Below are positions 34,421 to 47,882 of a DNA stretch of 64,000 nucleotides, piece after piece. The notes under the pieces were generated by a model. That model saw only the letters and a program-made list of their open reading frames with translations. It was not told the origin of the DNA and did no database searches. Numbering within the stretch: position 1 is the first letter of the stretch; every line of letters starts with the position of its first letter. This DNA is from Asterias rubens (lineage: Eukaryota), in contig NC_047073.1 of NCBI RefSeq assembly GCF_902459465.1, positions 1,860,001 to 1,924,000 of the forward strand, read 5' to 3'. A program made the translations under genes and the position numbers.

Positions 34421-37400
34421 ATGAGATGTCCCCTCGATCCACTATTAAAAGCTGAATAATGGTCATCGAATTCTATAGAAGTGTCTACCCAAAACTAGAC
34501 CACCGAGATTGCCCGGTAGCTAGGAGGCAGTTGGAATCATTTATTTTAGCAGTGGGTCTGCAACGATTTCCATCTATTCATATTTATTTTTGTCTGTTGA
34601 ATCAACAAGTGTCATCCATTCACGTGATGACGGAGGTTAATCCACAAGAGGGCGCGATGTAATGCAATTATGTTTTGGCCATCAGGTAGACTTCAAAGCC
34701 ACTTTCACGGACTTGGAACCAAGTCTGATGTGGTAGAAGTTGTTGTATGGCAACCTCGATTGAGTAAATAATACTCTATCTTGTGAATAGCGTTAAGGAT
34801 GTTAAGTTCCTGTTCCTGTGCGGTGTGCCCATCCGTTTACTTCCTTTTTACCTGATAAGTCAATCTTAAAACTTGGCAGGATGTCAAAAGGCCTTGAACT
34901 GATGCTACTGTAGGTTGTAACCCAATTAATTTTATGAAATTTACTTCAGACGAACCGGGCATCTTATAGTCACATAATGACAAATAGTCACACAATGACA
35001 GATGTCATTTTGCCCAGAGTCACTCAGTAGTAAAATATGTCATCATAATATTTGCATGTTGATTTGCATGACAAGTGAAGTCAGTTGCGACATTGATGCA
35101 AATAGATTTCAATAGAGGGCGGTTTAGATGTAAATCTAGGACAAGTTCGAGCAATGACACTTTTTGTCAACCACTAGTCAATGTTCCATGGTGGCCTTTT
35201 CGTGCAATACATCCTGTGTACCAGGCAAAATCGCCCAATGTGCGACAATAACCGCCATCTTTGATGACGTCAGAGGGCCCCCCTAAAAGCCGATTAAATT
35301 AAAACCATCGAAACAAGTTTATTTATACTGTCTTTATTCATTAAATGACATTTACAAACGCAATATTTAAAAATTTACAAACAAATTAAATATTTTTATT
35401 ATACTTTTTAGGCCTACGGGAAATAAGTTATACAAATTAATAATTACTGTTCAGCAGTAAATGGCTGGTTTAAAAATCAATTCATTGTAATTAAATGATC
35501 TGTACGTTTGGTTTTTGGAACCCTTCGAATGTTTCAATCATAAATGTATATTAACATTAAATAAAACTTAACCAGGGTCGCGTTTTTAAGGTATCGCTTA
35601 CAATTTGGATTGAATATGTCCACACAATCATAATAATCCCTAAGACATACATAATCTTAGAAGCGTTACCGCGGTAACGCTGATTTTTTTCAAATATTGA
35701 GGGAGAAAAGGTGATATATTTTTCCATAACCGCAGTTCTTCAAAGTTAAAATGTTTCTTAAAATGTATTACACATATCCAAATCTGCTGTACTTCTTACC
35801 ACGTAAGTTTTTTTTTCTTACATTACTTTCAGAGTCATTACCAGACGTACACAGACCCTGTCATTGTCTATATCGTCGACTTTGAAATTCGATTTCGTTT
35901 GTTTCTTTCTAAGTTATGGACAGCAATTCGCTTTGTTTGTATCGAAAACAACTAATCGATTTGTACGAGTCGATAACTGATACGCTTCCGTATCAATAAT
36001 CTTTGACGTTTTTTTTCAACTGTGGTCTCTTTAAAAAAAAGGAAATCTGTGAACATTTGTTGGTGTGGTTTAATAAAATTAATAATACAATTTATAAAAT
36101 TAATTAATAATCACATTTTCTGAGAACTATGATGTATGATCGAGTGTATTTTTATTTTGAAGATTATAGTGGCCCATTGACTTTCTACTTTAGGGATAAT
36201 CATATTTTTCAAACAAGCAAAACCTTCTGAAAGAAATAGCAATTACCTGAAATCAATTGAAAGAAATTCAAAAATAGTAAAAGTTTCAAATTTGAAAGTA
36301 AGAATTGTTATAGAACAATGACTTCCTTTGAATATACCCGAAATTGTTGGGAAAGTAACGCATAATCGCATTAGCCTTTTTGAGAAATGGCGGACACTAC
36401 ATGAGTGCACTGATTGGTTTGGGTGTTTACAGAGAATGTTACCCAAACTAAATAGTGTCGTGTTGGGTCCACCATCCTTCAAAATTTGCTTACTTACAAG
36501 TAACACAATCATTTATAACAAAAAGATAAATAAAAAAGCAGTAATATAAAGTCTCTGGTAATGCCCGTTCATCAAAGTTAATATTACACTTTCAAATCAC
36601 ACAATATTTATTCAGAAACCTTTAAGAATACTTTGTAAAGCCGAAGTATTATTTGCATGGAATTGATTTAACCCGTTTACCTGCCGTTTTAGTTAATTAT
36701 CTTAGTTGAATAAGATTACATACAAAATAATATCAAGAATTACCTTACATTTAAATTATTTAATATTATTCAAATCGCTCTCTTTATTTGAGTGAAATAT
36801 ATGAGGCCATCCTGGACATATCTGACGTAACAATTCGAGGCTCATGAATTTCGTCGGAGAGTGGCATTTAGCCTACGTCAAGATTCTGACGGTCACGTGG
36901 CATGAATGTATCGTTAATTTCACTTTCATTTCGCATTCAAATTGTACGGACACGTATGTATACATGTGGGGAACTGATGGGGAATTCTTGCCCAATTTCG
37001 TTGATCTGTTTAAGCACAAAGGTAAGCAAAGTTTATTTTTGCTTAACATAAAACTGTTAAGCAACATTTAGATCTGCATCTGTGCATAAACAGCAGTTGT
37101 GTGAGATCGGGCCCTGACTCAAAAACGGCGCAACTAAGTTTTTGAGTGATGACGTCAGATGAATTTGGTTAATAATACAAATATATTAGTTATTTTGTCT
37201 AATACCATAATTGGTTAAAAAAAGGAATTTAAGAATTTAAACAAAAGTGGTAATTATACATGACCACACACTAAAACAGTCCCGTAATAAGTTTTAAATT
37301 TACTTCATAATAATATCATCCATGACCAAACAAATGAATACATTTGAAAAATAACTCCTTTACGACAATATTTTCATCTTGGAGTCGATTATCTTTTATA

Positions 37401-38251
37401 AAAAATACACTTTCATTCCGAAAACTGTTGTCAATTGCATAAAATACCATCATATTTTATATACACGTTCGATTTGCATAAAAGGCTATCATTGGCTAAG
37501 AGTCGTGTGCAGGGCGTGTACGCGTAATCTTTCCCATTGGTTTTACATCAAAGATTGTGGTCAATGACTTCATGTGCAATCTATCTACGAAGTACTAGGC
37601 CTATGACAGCTTTTTTAACAGTTAAATGTTTTCTTATCGATTCCAAGTTCGCTCGGTGTTTGTTTCAAAATTTCAAACTTGTAATGTAGCTGTTTGTCGT
37701 GGTAGGGTTAGTCGTCTCTCAAAAGTTATGCAGAGTCTAGCCGGCTGGAATATGACTTGATTACTAGGCCTAACTTACTGTCCAGTTGTGCGCGCCTAAT
37801 CTGAACCGAAACCGTACTTAAACATTTTCGATAATGATAAAGAGCTGTTTAAGCAGAAACTAGTCGCCTGCTGTTGAGCAAAGATAGGCAAGTTTACCAG
37901 TCACAGGTTGTACATGTGACATGGTATTTTGGCTGGTGAACTTATTCTTGTAAAGCATGACGTTGGTTGTGCTGAGCGTTTCCTATGTGCTTGAGCAGCT
38001 CTATGAAGTTGGGAAAGAGTCCAAATACGATTTAACATGTTCTGCTGTAAGGATTGCCTTAAAAATTAAGTAATGTTTTAGAGTTAATTTACGGTGTTAT
38101 GTCAAGTAAAATGGTTCATTATTTGGGGGATTATACTTGTTTCGTGCATGCATATTGTTTCAGGCCGGGATGTGACTCTGTAAGCGGATAAATTCATCTT
38201 TTTTAGTAAAGTTGGTGCTGCAAACATTGTTTTAATCTAACATAAATGTAC

Positions 38252-38522
38252 CAGTGTTGTTGACTCGAGTTGGTGACTTGGACTCGAGTCAGAATCGAGT
38301 CACCAGTTTTACTGACTTGAGACTTGACGTGAGTTGGGGGGGGGGGGAACTTGTGACTTACTTGGGGGGGGGGTGTGTCTTGTGACTTGATTTGAGGGAA
38401 AATGACGTAATTCTTGACTGTACTTGACTTGAGGGAAAACTACTTGAGGCTTGGCTTGTCTTGCACAAAAGTGACTTGTGACCTAACTTTACTTGAGAAT
38501 TAATGACTTGGTTACAACACTG
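38252..38522. mobile_element. hAT-like MITE with GACTTG subterminal repeats
   Basis: TIR CAGTGTTGT...ACAACACTG; 8-bp flanks AAATGTAC / TAATGTAC (7 of 8 identical). Confidence 0.8.
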
Positions 38523-38893
38523 TAATGTACACTAGTAATCGATGAATACCGACATTCAATGGGGGATCGAGGTACCTGACTATTATTCCCCTCACTGTAT
38601 TGGTTTGGTTCACATTGCTGTGAACGGGGAACCAACCAAGATGGCATATTGCAACAAGCAAGAACACCAACCAATGTTCTGAACCTGCGACGTAAATCTG
38701 TGGCAAATGACTGTCTTTGTCTCAGAAATGACTGTCTTTGTCTGCCTTGGTTTTACGCGGGAATTTTAAGTGTTTCTTCACATCGTTCCCGCGCACGAGT
38801 TGTTGCCCGCAGATTAAACAAAAAGATGCCGGCTCGATACAATCAACGTCATATGCCGTCATGATGACACACTGCCGTAATGGATGGAAAGCG

Positions 38894-40389
38894 TTACATG
38901 GATAACACCGTCATCGTGGTGTCTTGACGGTCTACCCTAGGTGGATGTTTCTCTTTTCTCTGCACATTCTTGCATCTCCTGAAGCAACACCAACAACAAC
39001 AGCAACAGCAGAAATTGATGAGTAGGAATACTCCTCCGATTACACTGAAAACAATGATCCAAAAGGTATTGAAGAACTCCTCTGTAGAGCTGGCACAGCA
39101 CGCCGTCTCAGAGCAGCAGGCCGGGGTACACGTGCTGTTTCGCATGAGGCATTTTTCCGGGTTCTTTTGGGGGCAACAGTCGGACGGACATGAGTCGGTG
39201 CTCTCGGTCGAATCACAACGTCCGTCACCGCAAAACCCTTCCGATAGGTACCTACAAGATAGACAAGTTAAATATAATAATAATAATGCATAATAATAGT
39301 GTTTTTTTTATAAAGCGCACAAATCCGTCACTCAGTGACGCTCCTGGCGCTGTAACATACAGTGTTTCATGCAAGATGTGAACTAGGTTTGAATTATGCG
39401 ATCCAATCATTTTATAGCACAATGTAATGGTTTACAAGGTGCTGGCGCAATGTCATGCCATCCAAAATGGATATTATTATTTCTGACGATGACAAGAACA
39501 AGCTATAGTCGAAACTATGAGACCTTTACACACTCACTCCGCGGTAGTGAAGTTTATAGTTAGAAGTCCCTCGATCCACTAAAGCTGAAATGGTCATCGA
39601 AATTGCCAGAGAACAATGAAAGAAATAACACCCTTGTTGCACAATGTGTGCTTTAGTTTTAGATGACCAAAAAGTTTGATGCCTGAAGTCTTTAAACATT
39701 TTGGTGAGAAATTACCCCTTTCTAAAAAACTACGTTAGTTCAGAGTGAGCTGTTTCTCACAATGTTTTATACTACCAACAGCTATCCATTGCAAACTCAT
39801 GCAAACTAATTATTTTGAGTAATTACCAGTGTGTCCATGCCTTCAATAACAAGGATCTCATAGCAGGATTTACTAAAATTTGACCACAACCATGTTTGGA
39901 CAAAATACCGGGATCTGGACTTTAAGTGACCCTATAACAAATAATAAACCTTTGAAAAAGTAAACTAATATTGGTCATCGGTACACCAGGAGCCGTACCT
40001 GGTCATTATGAATTTGCATTTTCTTTGTTTATACCCGTGTTTCCTTTAATTGTTTTGTGTTTATTTACTGCATATCCCTGAAGGATGTTATACTGTTTTG
40101 TTCACACGGTTATCACTTCATCTGGTGTACTTCTTCCTTGAAGATAATATTACAACCTTGGTCATCGTTCCAGGAAAATAGTGGAATATATCATAGAAAC
40201 AACAAAGAGCATTGTCATTCATTGTTTTAGATACTTGTTTTATGCTTCGTGTATTTCAAATGAATCCGGATGCATGTTTCAAAGATACCCCGGAACGCGG
40301 GCTTCCTTTCTGATGATCGATCAGAAAAGTTGGCCAAAAACCAGCGCGGAAATTTGTTTAGGATAAAAATGTATGGGAACACAATTATT

Positions 40390-40420
<31 letters not shown>

Positions 40421-43400
40421 GGGGGGGGGTTGCAGTTTTAAGGTACACTGACACAATGGTTTGCTCTCGCCTTGCATATTGCTTTGCTGAACGGAACGAG
40501 TTCACATAGGCCTTACTCTTATAAAGGGTCAAAGTGTAAAACTGAATAACGTCACACTGTAAATGACAGTTGCTGTTCACAAAAAAAAGCAAGATTTGGT
40601 AGGGTCCAGTTCTCTCTTATTGAAATATTTATGCTTCTGAACGGGGGGAAACGGGGTGTTTTTAGACAAACAGGCTTACCCGGGGTCCGTTTCCTCTTTT
40701 ATGCACACACCAGCAAAGCATGCCGTCCAAGCCCAACACTCCTCGGCGGCTATCCAACCCCATCGGGCGTTACACCTGGTAACAAAATACAAAAACAAGA
40801 AATAAGCATGCGGCGAATGACTCGAAAAATATTCTATTAAAAACACAGCATTATAGAAAGCAATGTACCAGCGAACATAATCATTAAGCCTAGGTTTATA
40901 CGGTCAAAGAGAAGGAACAGTGGAGGACGATTTGATAAGCTAAGGCTAAATAACTCTGCATGCATGTTTCCCCCTCCCTTTTTAAGGGGGTGGGGTTCAA
41001 ATCAGGTTTCAAAAAGATTCACTCTGTCATTGCAGTGATCATAAAGTATGACTCGGCGTTCGAACTGTCATATACTCGTGAATCCCCCCCCCCCCCGTCT
41101 GTTGCCCAAATACTCGTATTCGAATGCTAGTCGGCCACGTACTCAACAGGGTTCAAATTCATAAGGCATGTTACTTGCTAAGCACAGAAAAAGTATTGCT
41201 TAACAGAAACAGGTTATCCATAATAACAATTGTTGTGACTGCCTCACTCAATATTTGCGTATCAAAGAAGATCGTCAAGCGGTATTTGCTGCTTAAGAGT
41301 TGTATTGGTCCCAGTATTTGATACTCGTTGTAAAAGTTTGATTACCATAACTTTTAATTGTAAAGTGCCTTATCAGAAGTAACAAAACAATTTTTTGTTG
41401 TCAGTAAGTTTAAGGTTCAGCAGTATGACAGGCACAAACACCCCCTCTATGTTTCCGGTGGATCCTGAACCACGCCCGGTCCGTTCCCCAGAAACACCAC
41501 ATTATGGTTACAGCTTCACCACAAAGACAAAACAAAAAACAAATGTCATTGTCTCATTCTTTTACCACATACTTTAGCCCACCTTATCCACCATGTCTCA
41601 TTGGCCCTGACCATATTTGTCTTATTCCCTTTACCCACGGAGTCGGAGGCCTTTTGTGGGGCCAGCGGAGCTCCGTCCCCCACGAGATATGTCAGCATTT
41701 TCAGAAAACGAAAGAGTTAGGCGGGTATGAACCGCCTCCCTCACAGCGTACGGTTTGTACGCTATAATACGCCTTTATAAAGTGTTGTGAACGGCCCTTA
41801 CATTGTATCAAGTGACTGAATACAGAGCAGTCACCAATATTATTTTATCCATTGTAAAGATTGATTTTATCAACTTTGACCAGACATCTTTAATCTCAAG
41901 GGGGGGGGGGGGTCCGAAAAACACAACGGATATTGTTAGACAAGTGCCCTCCAAGGACATGTGTGTACAGAAAGTATCATGACAGAAGTTAGTCGGTCAT
42001 TGGTGCAAAGATAGCATCCGGTGGTCAAAACAACAAATGCATTAGACTTGTGGACAAGTCGTTAAAGGTTCTTTAAACTACTGGTAATTACTCAAAATAA
42101 TTGTTAGCATCAAGACTTACTTGGTAACGAGCAATGGCGGGCTGTTAATAGTATGAAACATTATGAGAAACCGTTCCCTCTGGTACATAGTTTCCTAATA
42201 GTTTTTGAGAAAGAGGTAATTTCTTACTCAAAATATTAAAATACTTAACGAGCTATGGAGAGCTGTTTATAGTATAAACATTGTGAGTTGCTTTATGGTT
42301 GGGATACATCAAGTGGGAATACTGGTCTTTACAATATTACGTATTGCATTTTATACGACTTGTCCACAAGTCTACGAATACATATGAGACAAATAACTAT
42401 ACGGCTGTTTGTTTAATCAGTGGGGTGTATCTGTTTCACAACTAAATGATTTTGCTCAGTAGGATATTCTTTTATTAGGTTGATATTTGTTACAATATTG
42501 AAAGTTATTGATGAGGTTTTGGTCAGGAAGACCGTTCTTGCAAACGGTCGAGGCCAAATCTTTTAGAGCTATACTGCCCCCAAATGAGAACTTGGCATTA
42601 ATCTTAAATTATTACTAAACAATAATTAGTTGGGGACCATTCAAACGCAGCATGTCATTTGGTTCGGGTGCCAACCAATCAAGTTGTTTTTAGTTACATG
42701 TTATTGTTATCTTTGATGGTCAAAAATTTATAAAATCTCAGGAATGTTTGGTTTATAAGGAACGGCCACAAGCCGTTCGATTACCATTTCAAATTTAATA
42801 ATACCTGCAGTGTACATGTGGTTCTACTTTTGGTTTTACAAATGACACCAAACGTTTCCTTCGAAGGAAATCCTCTTTTTTTAGTTTTAAAGTCACTGGA
42901 CACGTTTAGTATTTACTCAAACTTTTAACAAGCAACGGAGAGCTGTTGATAGTATAAAACATTGTGAGAAACGACTCCCTCTAGACTGCCCTCTGAGTAA
43001 CGTAGTTTTTAAGCTTAAAGAAAGAGGTAATTTCTCACTCAGTATGAAACTGAGTTTAAAGAAAGACCGTCAGGCCTTAAGCCTCTCCGAGGCATACGAA
43101 AGCACACAAATTGAGCACCACACCAAGGGTGTTTTCTTTCATTATTCTCTTGCAACTTCCATGACCAGCTGAGCCAAAATGTTCACAGGTTTATTATTTT
43201 TCGCATAATGTCATGGGATACACCAAATGAGAATACTGTCTTTGACAACTACCAAACGTGTCCAGTGCCTTTAAGCAGGCCGGGTGGGTCACTGTGGGTC
43301 AATTTTTCTGAGCTCTGGTACACTACATTTGACTGTTTGTTTTGTTTTTACTGGCATTATTCTTTGGCCGGATACCAAAAGGCCACTGACGAAACGTTTC

Positions 43401-46400
43401 CTGTTACGTCACCGCGATCCCAAGCTAAGTTCAATCGAACACAAAAATGCCCTCGGCTTTTTTGTTAACCAAGTAAAAAATAACTGAAGGCAAATTATTT
43501 GCAATTTTTGTTGATGTTCCTTTTCTGTTTTGAAGTGTTTTGCGGATTCTCTGTACTGTCTTAAAGCATAGAGCTTAAAGTCAAAGTAGGTCTATTCATT
43601 CGGTTTTTTTAACTATTCTGTTGTTTTAGTCCTACAAGTGAAGATTTAGCAACAATACCCTTGAAAATTTCATGTCAAAAGGTGGTAGCGTTTTTAAAAA
43701 ATTGCCGAAAATCTGGAGCGGTTATGTCCATGCAGGAAGAATAATCCGCAATTGGAATGCACAATCCGTAAAACGTTTCTCTGATTGAAACGTTTGTTTA
43801 TAAAAACTGTATTCCTCTGAAAGTATACTTGTTTCTCAAAATGTCATACGTTATCGACATCTGTAGTGATTCTTACTAAGTATAAGTTTGTGGAAATGAT
43901 TTTGTTTTAATAGTAATTACCAAAAGTATACCTTTCTGTAAAGGCACAGGACATGGTTATCGGTAATTACTCAAAATAACTGTTAGCATAAAAACTTACT
44001 TGGTAACGAGTAACGGAGAGCTGTTAATTGTATAAAACATTCTTTCATGTCATAATTTTTCAGGGTTTTGTAAAATCATGAGCATTGTAGACTTGTTTGA
44101 TTAGTTGATTGTGAATTTGCTTAATTAAGTATAATTGAAACAAATTAATATGTTGAACAAAAATCACAAAACGGGATACCAGTGCAATTACTCTAACAAA
44201 AATAAATGCTTTATGCGAAATTGTTTCAAATATAAAGGCACAGTAGACACCTTTGGTAATTGTCAAAGACCAGTCGTCTCACCCGGTAATCACAAAATAA
44301 TGCATAAACTAGCATCTGTGAACATTTGGACTCAATTGGTCATCAAAGTTGCACGAGAATAATGAAAGAAAAAACACCCTTGTTGCAGAGATTTAGTGTG
44401 CTTTCAGACTACTTACAAAACTTCGGGTCTGAAGCCTTTTATCCGATTCATTGTTTGACTGAGAAATTACCTCTTTCACAAAAACTACGTTACTTCACAG
44501 GGAGCCGTTTCTCACAATGTTTTATACTACCAACAGCTCTCAATATTGCTCGTTTAAACCAAGTAAGTTATTATGCTAACAATGACTTATACCAATACTG
44601 TCCAGTGTTTCTACCTCCATGCTATATAGCTCCATGATAAAGGGTGCGTTCGTTTAGCTTCCCTGGGTCGACCCCGGTGTGTGGCATTTTTTTTCCCCAA
44701 GACAAGTGTGTGCTGATAATTACCCTCGTTCGTCCTGGTAAAAAAAAAAAACGCACCGGGGTCGACCCAGGGGAGCTAAACGAACGCACCCATAATGAAG
44801 TAGACCTACCCTTGGCTTCGTAACTGTTATGATTCACCGGGGTATGACCGGTATTTTGGTTGCCGTTCTGTTTTTTTTTCCTTTCAAACGTCTGTCTGCT
44901 GATACAAACTAAACGAATTAACTGAAGACCGACCCGTGTGTGACCTAGGGCCGTATCCTAATCGGTGGCTACAGCTACGATTGTTTCTAAGTGTGTTGCT
45001 AAGGACGTCCTATACTTCAACGCATGATGACGCAGAAATCTAGCCGTAGCCGTAGCTGTAGCCGCTTATTCGGATACGGCCTATAAAGTGGTCACTGTAC
45101 AGTCCATTCGAGGACCTGCTTGCTGAAAGGTATGGCCTATATTGTAGGATTTTGTAAGTTTCATTCTGGAAGCTCATGTGTTAAATACTTTAAAGGCACT
45201 GGACACTTTTGATGTCAAAGACCAAGTTTCTCACTTGTAACCCAACATAAAATAACAAATCTGTGAAAGTTTGGACTAAATTGGCCATCGAATATGCAAG
45301 ATAATAATGAAAGGAAAAAACACCCTTATAACACAACTTTGTGTGTGCTTTCAGATGCCTAATAAAAGGCCCCAGGCCGAAAGTCTTCCAATATTTGAGT
45401 GAGAAATTATCTCCTTCTTAAAAACCACATTACTTCAGAGGGAGCCGTTTCTCTTAATGTTTTGTATTATCAACAGCTCTCCATCTAACATTATTTTGAG
45501 TAACGGCCAGTAGTCTCCAGTGCCTTTAATGGCGTCAGTGATTTGTTATAGCGTCTTTCTCGTAGAGGAACTCATTCATTTAGGAGTATTTTAAGCTGAC
45601 AGATCGGAAGCGACGCCTATTATAAGAATGTCATATGATAGCTACTGTGCACCACAGATGTACAGTGGGACAGCAGTGTTTTCGAGTCCTACATGACTGT
45701 AATACTATGTACAGCGCTGTTGAGTTTTTTTTTTCTTTTCAGTAATTACATCTCCATTGTAATTATAGCCTTATTTTGAGTTAGGACGAGTTTAACTTGT
45801 CGTAACTTAGGGACTATAACTTTAAGTTTTTAAAAACTTCCAAATAGTCCCAGTCCTAGTGTACGTGAAATCGACCATAAAGCACTTATACCTATGTAAT
45901 TATGTTTAAGCTTTAAGATCTAGGTCCGGTTTATGGCCGATTTGACTCGAATTATTTAAATTCAAATTTGAAATAGCTATTGTTTTAGACTCAAGAAGGT
46001 TAACTTTCATTTAAGAGACTGTAAAACCGAAATAAATTATCTAAGTCAAATGTTTGTCTATTAACAAAAATTGTTTTTTTTTATTTATAATCTTAATCCC
46101 TCTGTAGCAAACGTTCCCAAATTTCGTATTTCAAATAGCAATTTTTCGATCAGAAAAACTGCGGCAAAATTTACAAACTTCAATAGTTCTAATAATTAAT
46201 CCTCTTGACATAAAAAGTTGGCTATCCCTGTCTATTCTATTTGTTTTAGTTTAAGTGTTACATTCTGAAAACTTATTGACCCAATTTCTGGTTCCCATAA
46301 TTGGAGCTGATCCATTTTCTGGTCAGGTTAAAAAAGGTAACAAAACTGAAATAAATCAGGCCTGTATTTACGCGGTCTCCATTGCCTCTGGTCTTGGCCT

Positions 46401-47882
46401 TGTTGCCCTCTTCAAAGTTTCCAATTGACTTGCAGATTTTCCAATGGAAGGCCCCCTTTGGTAAATGTAAATGGCCTTGCCCCTTCGAATATATAATCCC
46501 TTGCTAGAAAACTAATTCGGATACTGTGACGTTTGTCCCAATTATTTGGGTCATTTTTGACACAGGGTTCCGTGGATAGGTCAGGTCCCCACGGAACCCA
46601 GATCCGGATAAATTCTGACCGGAACTGTTTATAGAGTGCGGTTTAAAACTTACATTTCTCTGGCCGTCTTTTGTCCTATTTCACTGTTGCAGTTATACCG
46701 CTCCGTCTCGTTAAATGTCGCCCATCCAATTCGTGGTGGGTTACAGTCCCAGTTTGCCACCATTTCCTTGGATCACAAGAAAAATATAACAATGCTGTAT
46801 TATTGCATACCGTAATCAAAGGTTTTTCTACAGGGAATTTCTCACGACAAATCACTTACAGGCACTGGACACTGTTTGTATTAACTCAAAATAATTGTTA
46901 GCATAGAGACTTAATTATTGTTAGCATATAGAGACTTACTTGGTAACAAACATGCAATGGATGGAGAGATGTTGTAGTATCGTGAGAAACGGCTTCATCT
47001 GAAGTAACGTATTTTTCGAGAAAGAGGTAATTTCTAACTCAAATATTTGAATCTGATTAAACACTTTTTTAGGTTGCACCTTCGATGACCAATAATTAAG
47101 TCCACATTTTCACAGATTCGTTATTTTATGCTTATGTTGGGATACACCAAGTGAGAATTCTTGCCTCTGACAGGATTACCAAAAATGTGTCCGGTTAGGC
47201 AGTACAATCCCATCTCAAGTTGCAGTTCATTTTGAAATTATTAACTACATTTCCCGTTTTACTGTTTCCAGATTAATCTTAATAAGAAATTGTCTTGCTG
47301 TTTAATTATGCTCTGCCTTTGAAGTAGATTAGGAAATAGGCGAGTTTAAATAACTTGTCTGCGTTTTTTTCACTGCAGCTGAGTTGATTTGCAACACCGG
47401 GTTACTGTAGCAGTTTCAGCTTTATTTTTTAGTTTTGAGAAAAAATAGTGAAAATCACAAAACAAAGTTTTCAGGGGAGTCGCGTCGGTTTCGTTCCAAA
47501 AAGTTATAGATTCATCCTGAAAAGCTACACACTAAAATTGTTAGAATAGTTTTTTCTTCACTCATGTTTTGATGTAGGCCTTTCATATTGAAAATGATAT
47601 CATTTCGGGAAGTTTAATTTATGCCCCTACCTCAGTTGCACTCGGGGGGTTGTCAACCTTCAGCTGCCCACAACATGTGTAGAAATAGTTGGTGGACTTG
47701 CCGATGGAAAGCTTGAAGTTTGTACACTCCTTTGGCGCCCCTTCCCCGGTCACATCTTGCCCCGTCCCCTGGCCCCCGACCACGGCCTGCGACGGTTGGT
47801 TGCCTTGCCTCGCTCTCTCCGGCTCTTGGCAGCTGACTACGCATAAAAGTAGCAAAGTTAAACTCGATACATACAGCAACAT
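38894..47882 (-). CDS. Uncharacterised Cys-rich type I membrane protein, paralogue B (4 exons, 272 aa)
   Basis: Exons 47882-47631, 46766-46654, 40775-40680, 39251-38894; phases 0,2,2; 819 nt. Signal peptide MLLYVSSLTLLLLCVVSC, the same 20-Cys skeleton (YFYTCC, DCNP, CNARWGW, FCGDGRC..CPSDCC, CCSETACC), TM FWIIVFSVIGGVFLLINF, then CCCCCCWCC and a basic tail. Confidence 0.82.
42891..43270. mobile_element. Family A MITE, complete copy
   Basis: TTAA|AGTCACTGGACACGTTT...AAACGTGTCCAGTGCCT|TTAA. Confidence 0.8.
44641..44792. mobile_element. Harbinger-like MITE with 37-bp TIRs
   Basis: GGGTGCGTTCGTTTAGCTTCCCTGGGTCGACCCCGGT / ACCGGGGTCGACCCAGGGGAGCTAAACGAACGCACCC, flanked by TAA. A related element lies at about 21880-22132. 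Confidence 0.75.
44947..45083. mobile_element. MITE with GGCCGTATCC..AAT..G(T)GGCTACAGCTACG TIRs
   Basis: Inverted ends at 44947 and 45083. Related copies at about 14553-14685, 55425-55500 and 60405-60545. Confidence 0.65.
45194..45525. mobile_element. Family A MITE, complete copy
   Basis: TTAA|AGGCACTGGACAC...TCTCCAGTGCCT|TTAA. Further degenerate copies lie at about 1-190, 24057-24150, 39600-39845, 42075-42340, 43935-44610, 46858-47190, 50050-50350, 52560-52650 and 61903-62210. Confidence 0.75.

Noticed and set aside
41395-41770. GC-richer intronic stretch in paralogue B with possible extra exons
   Set aside because: No convincing acceptor and donor pair, no Cys pattern matching paralogue A, and exons 46654 and 40775 already join in frame.
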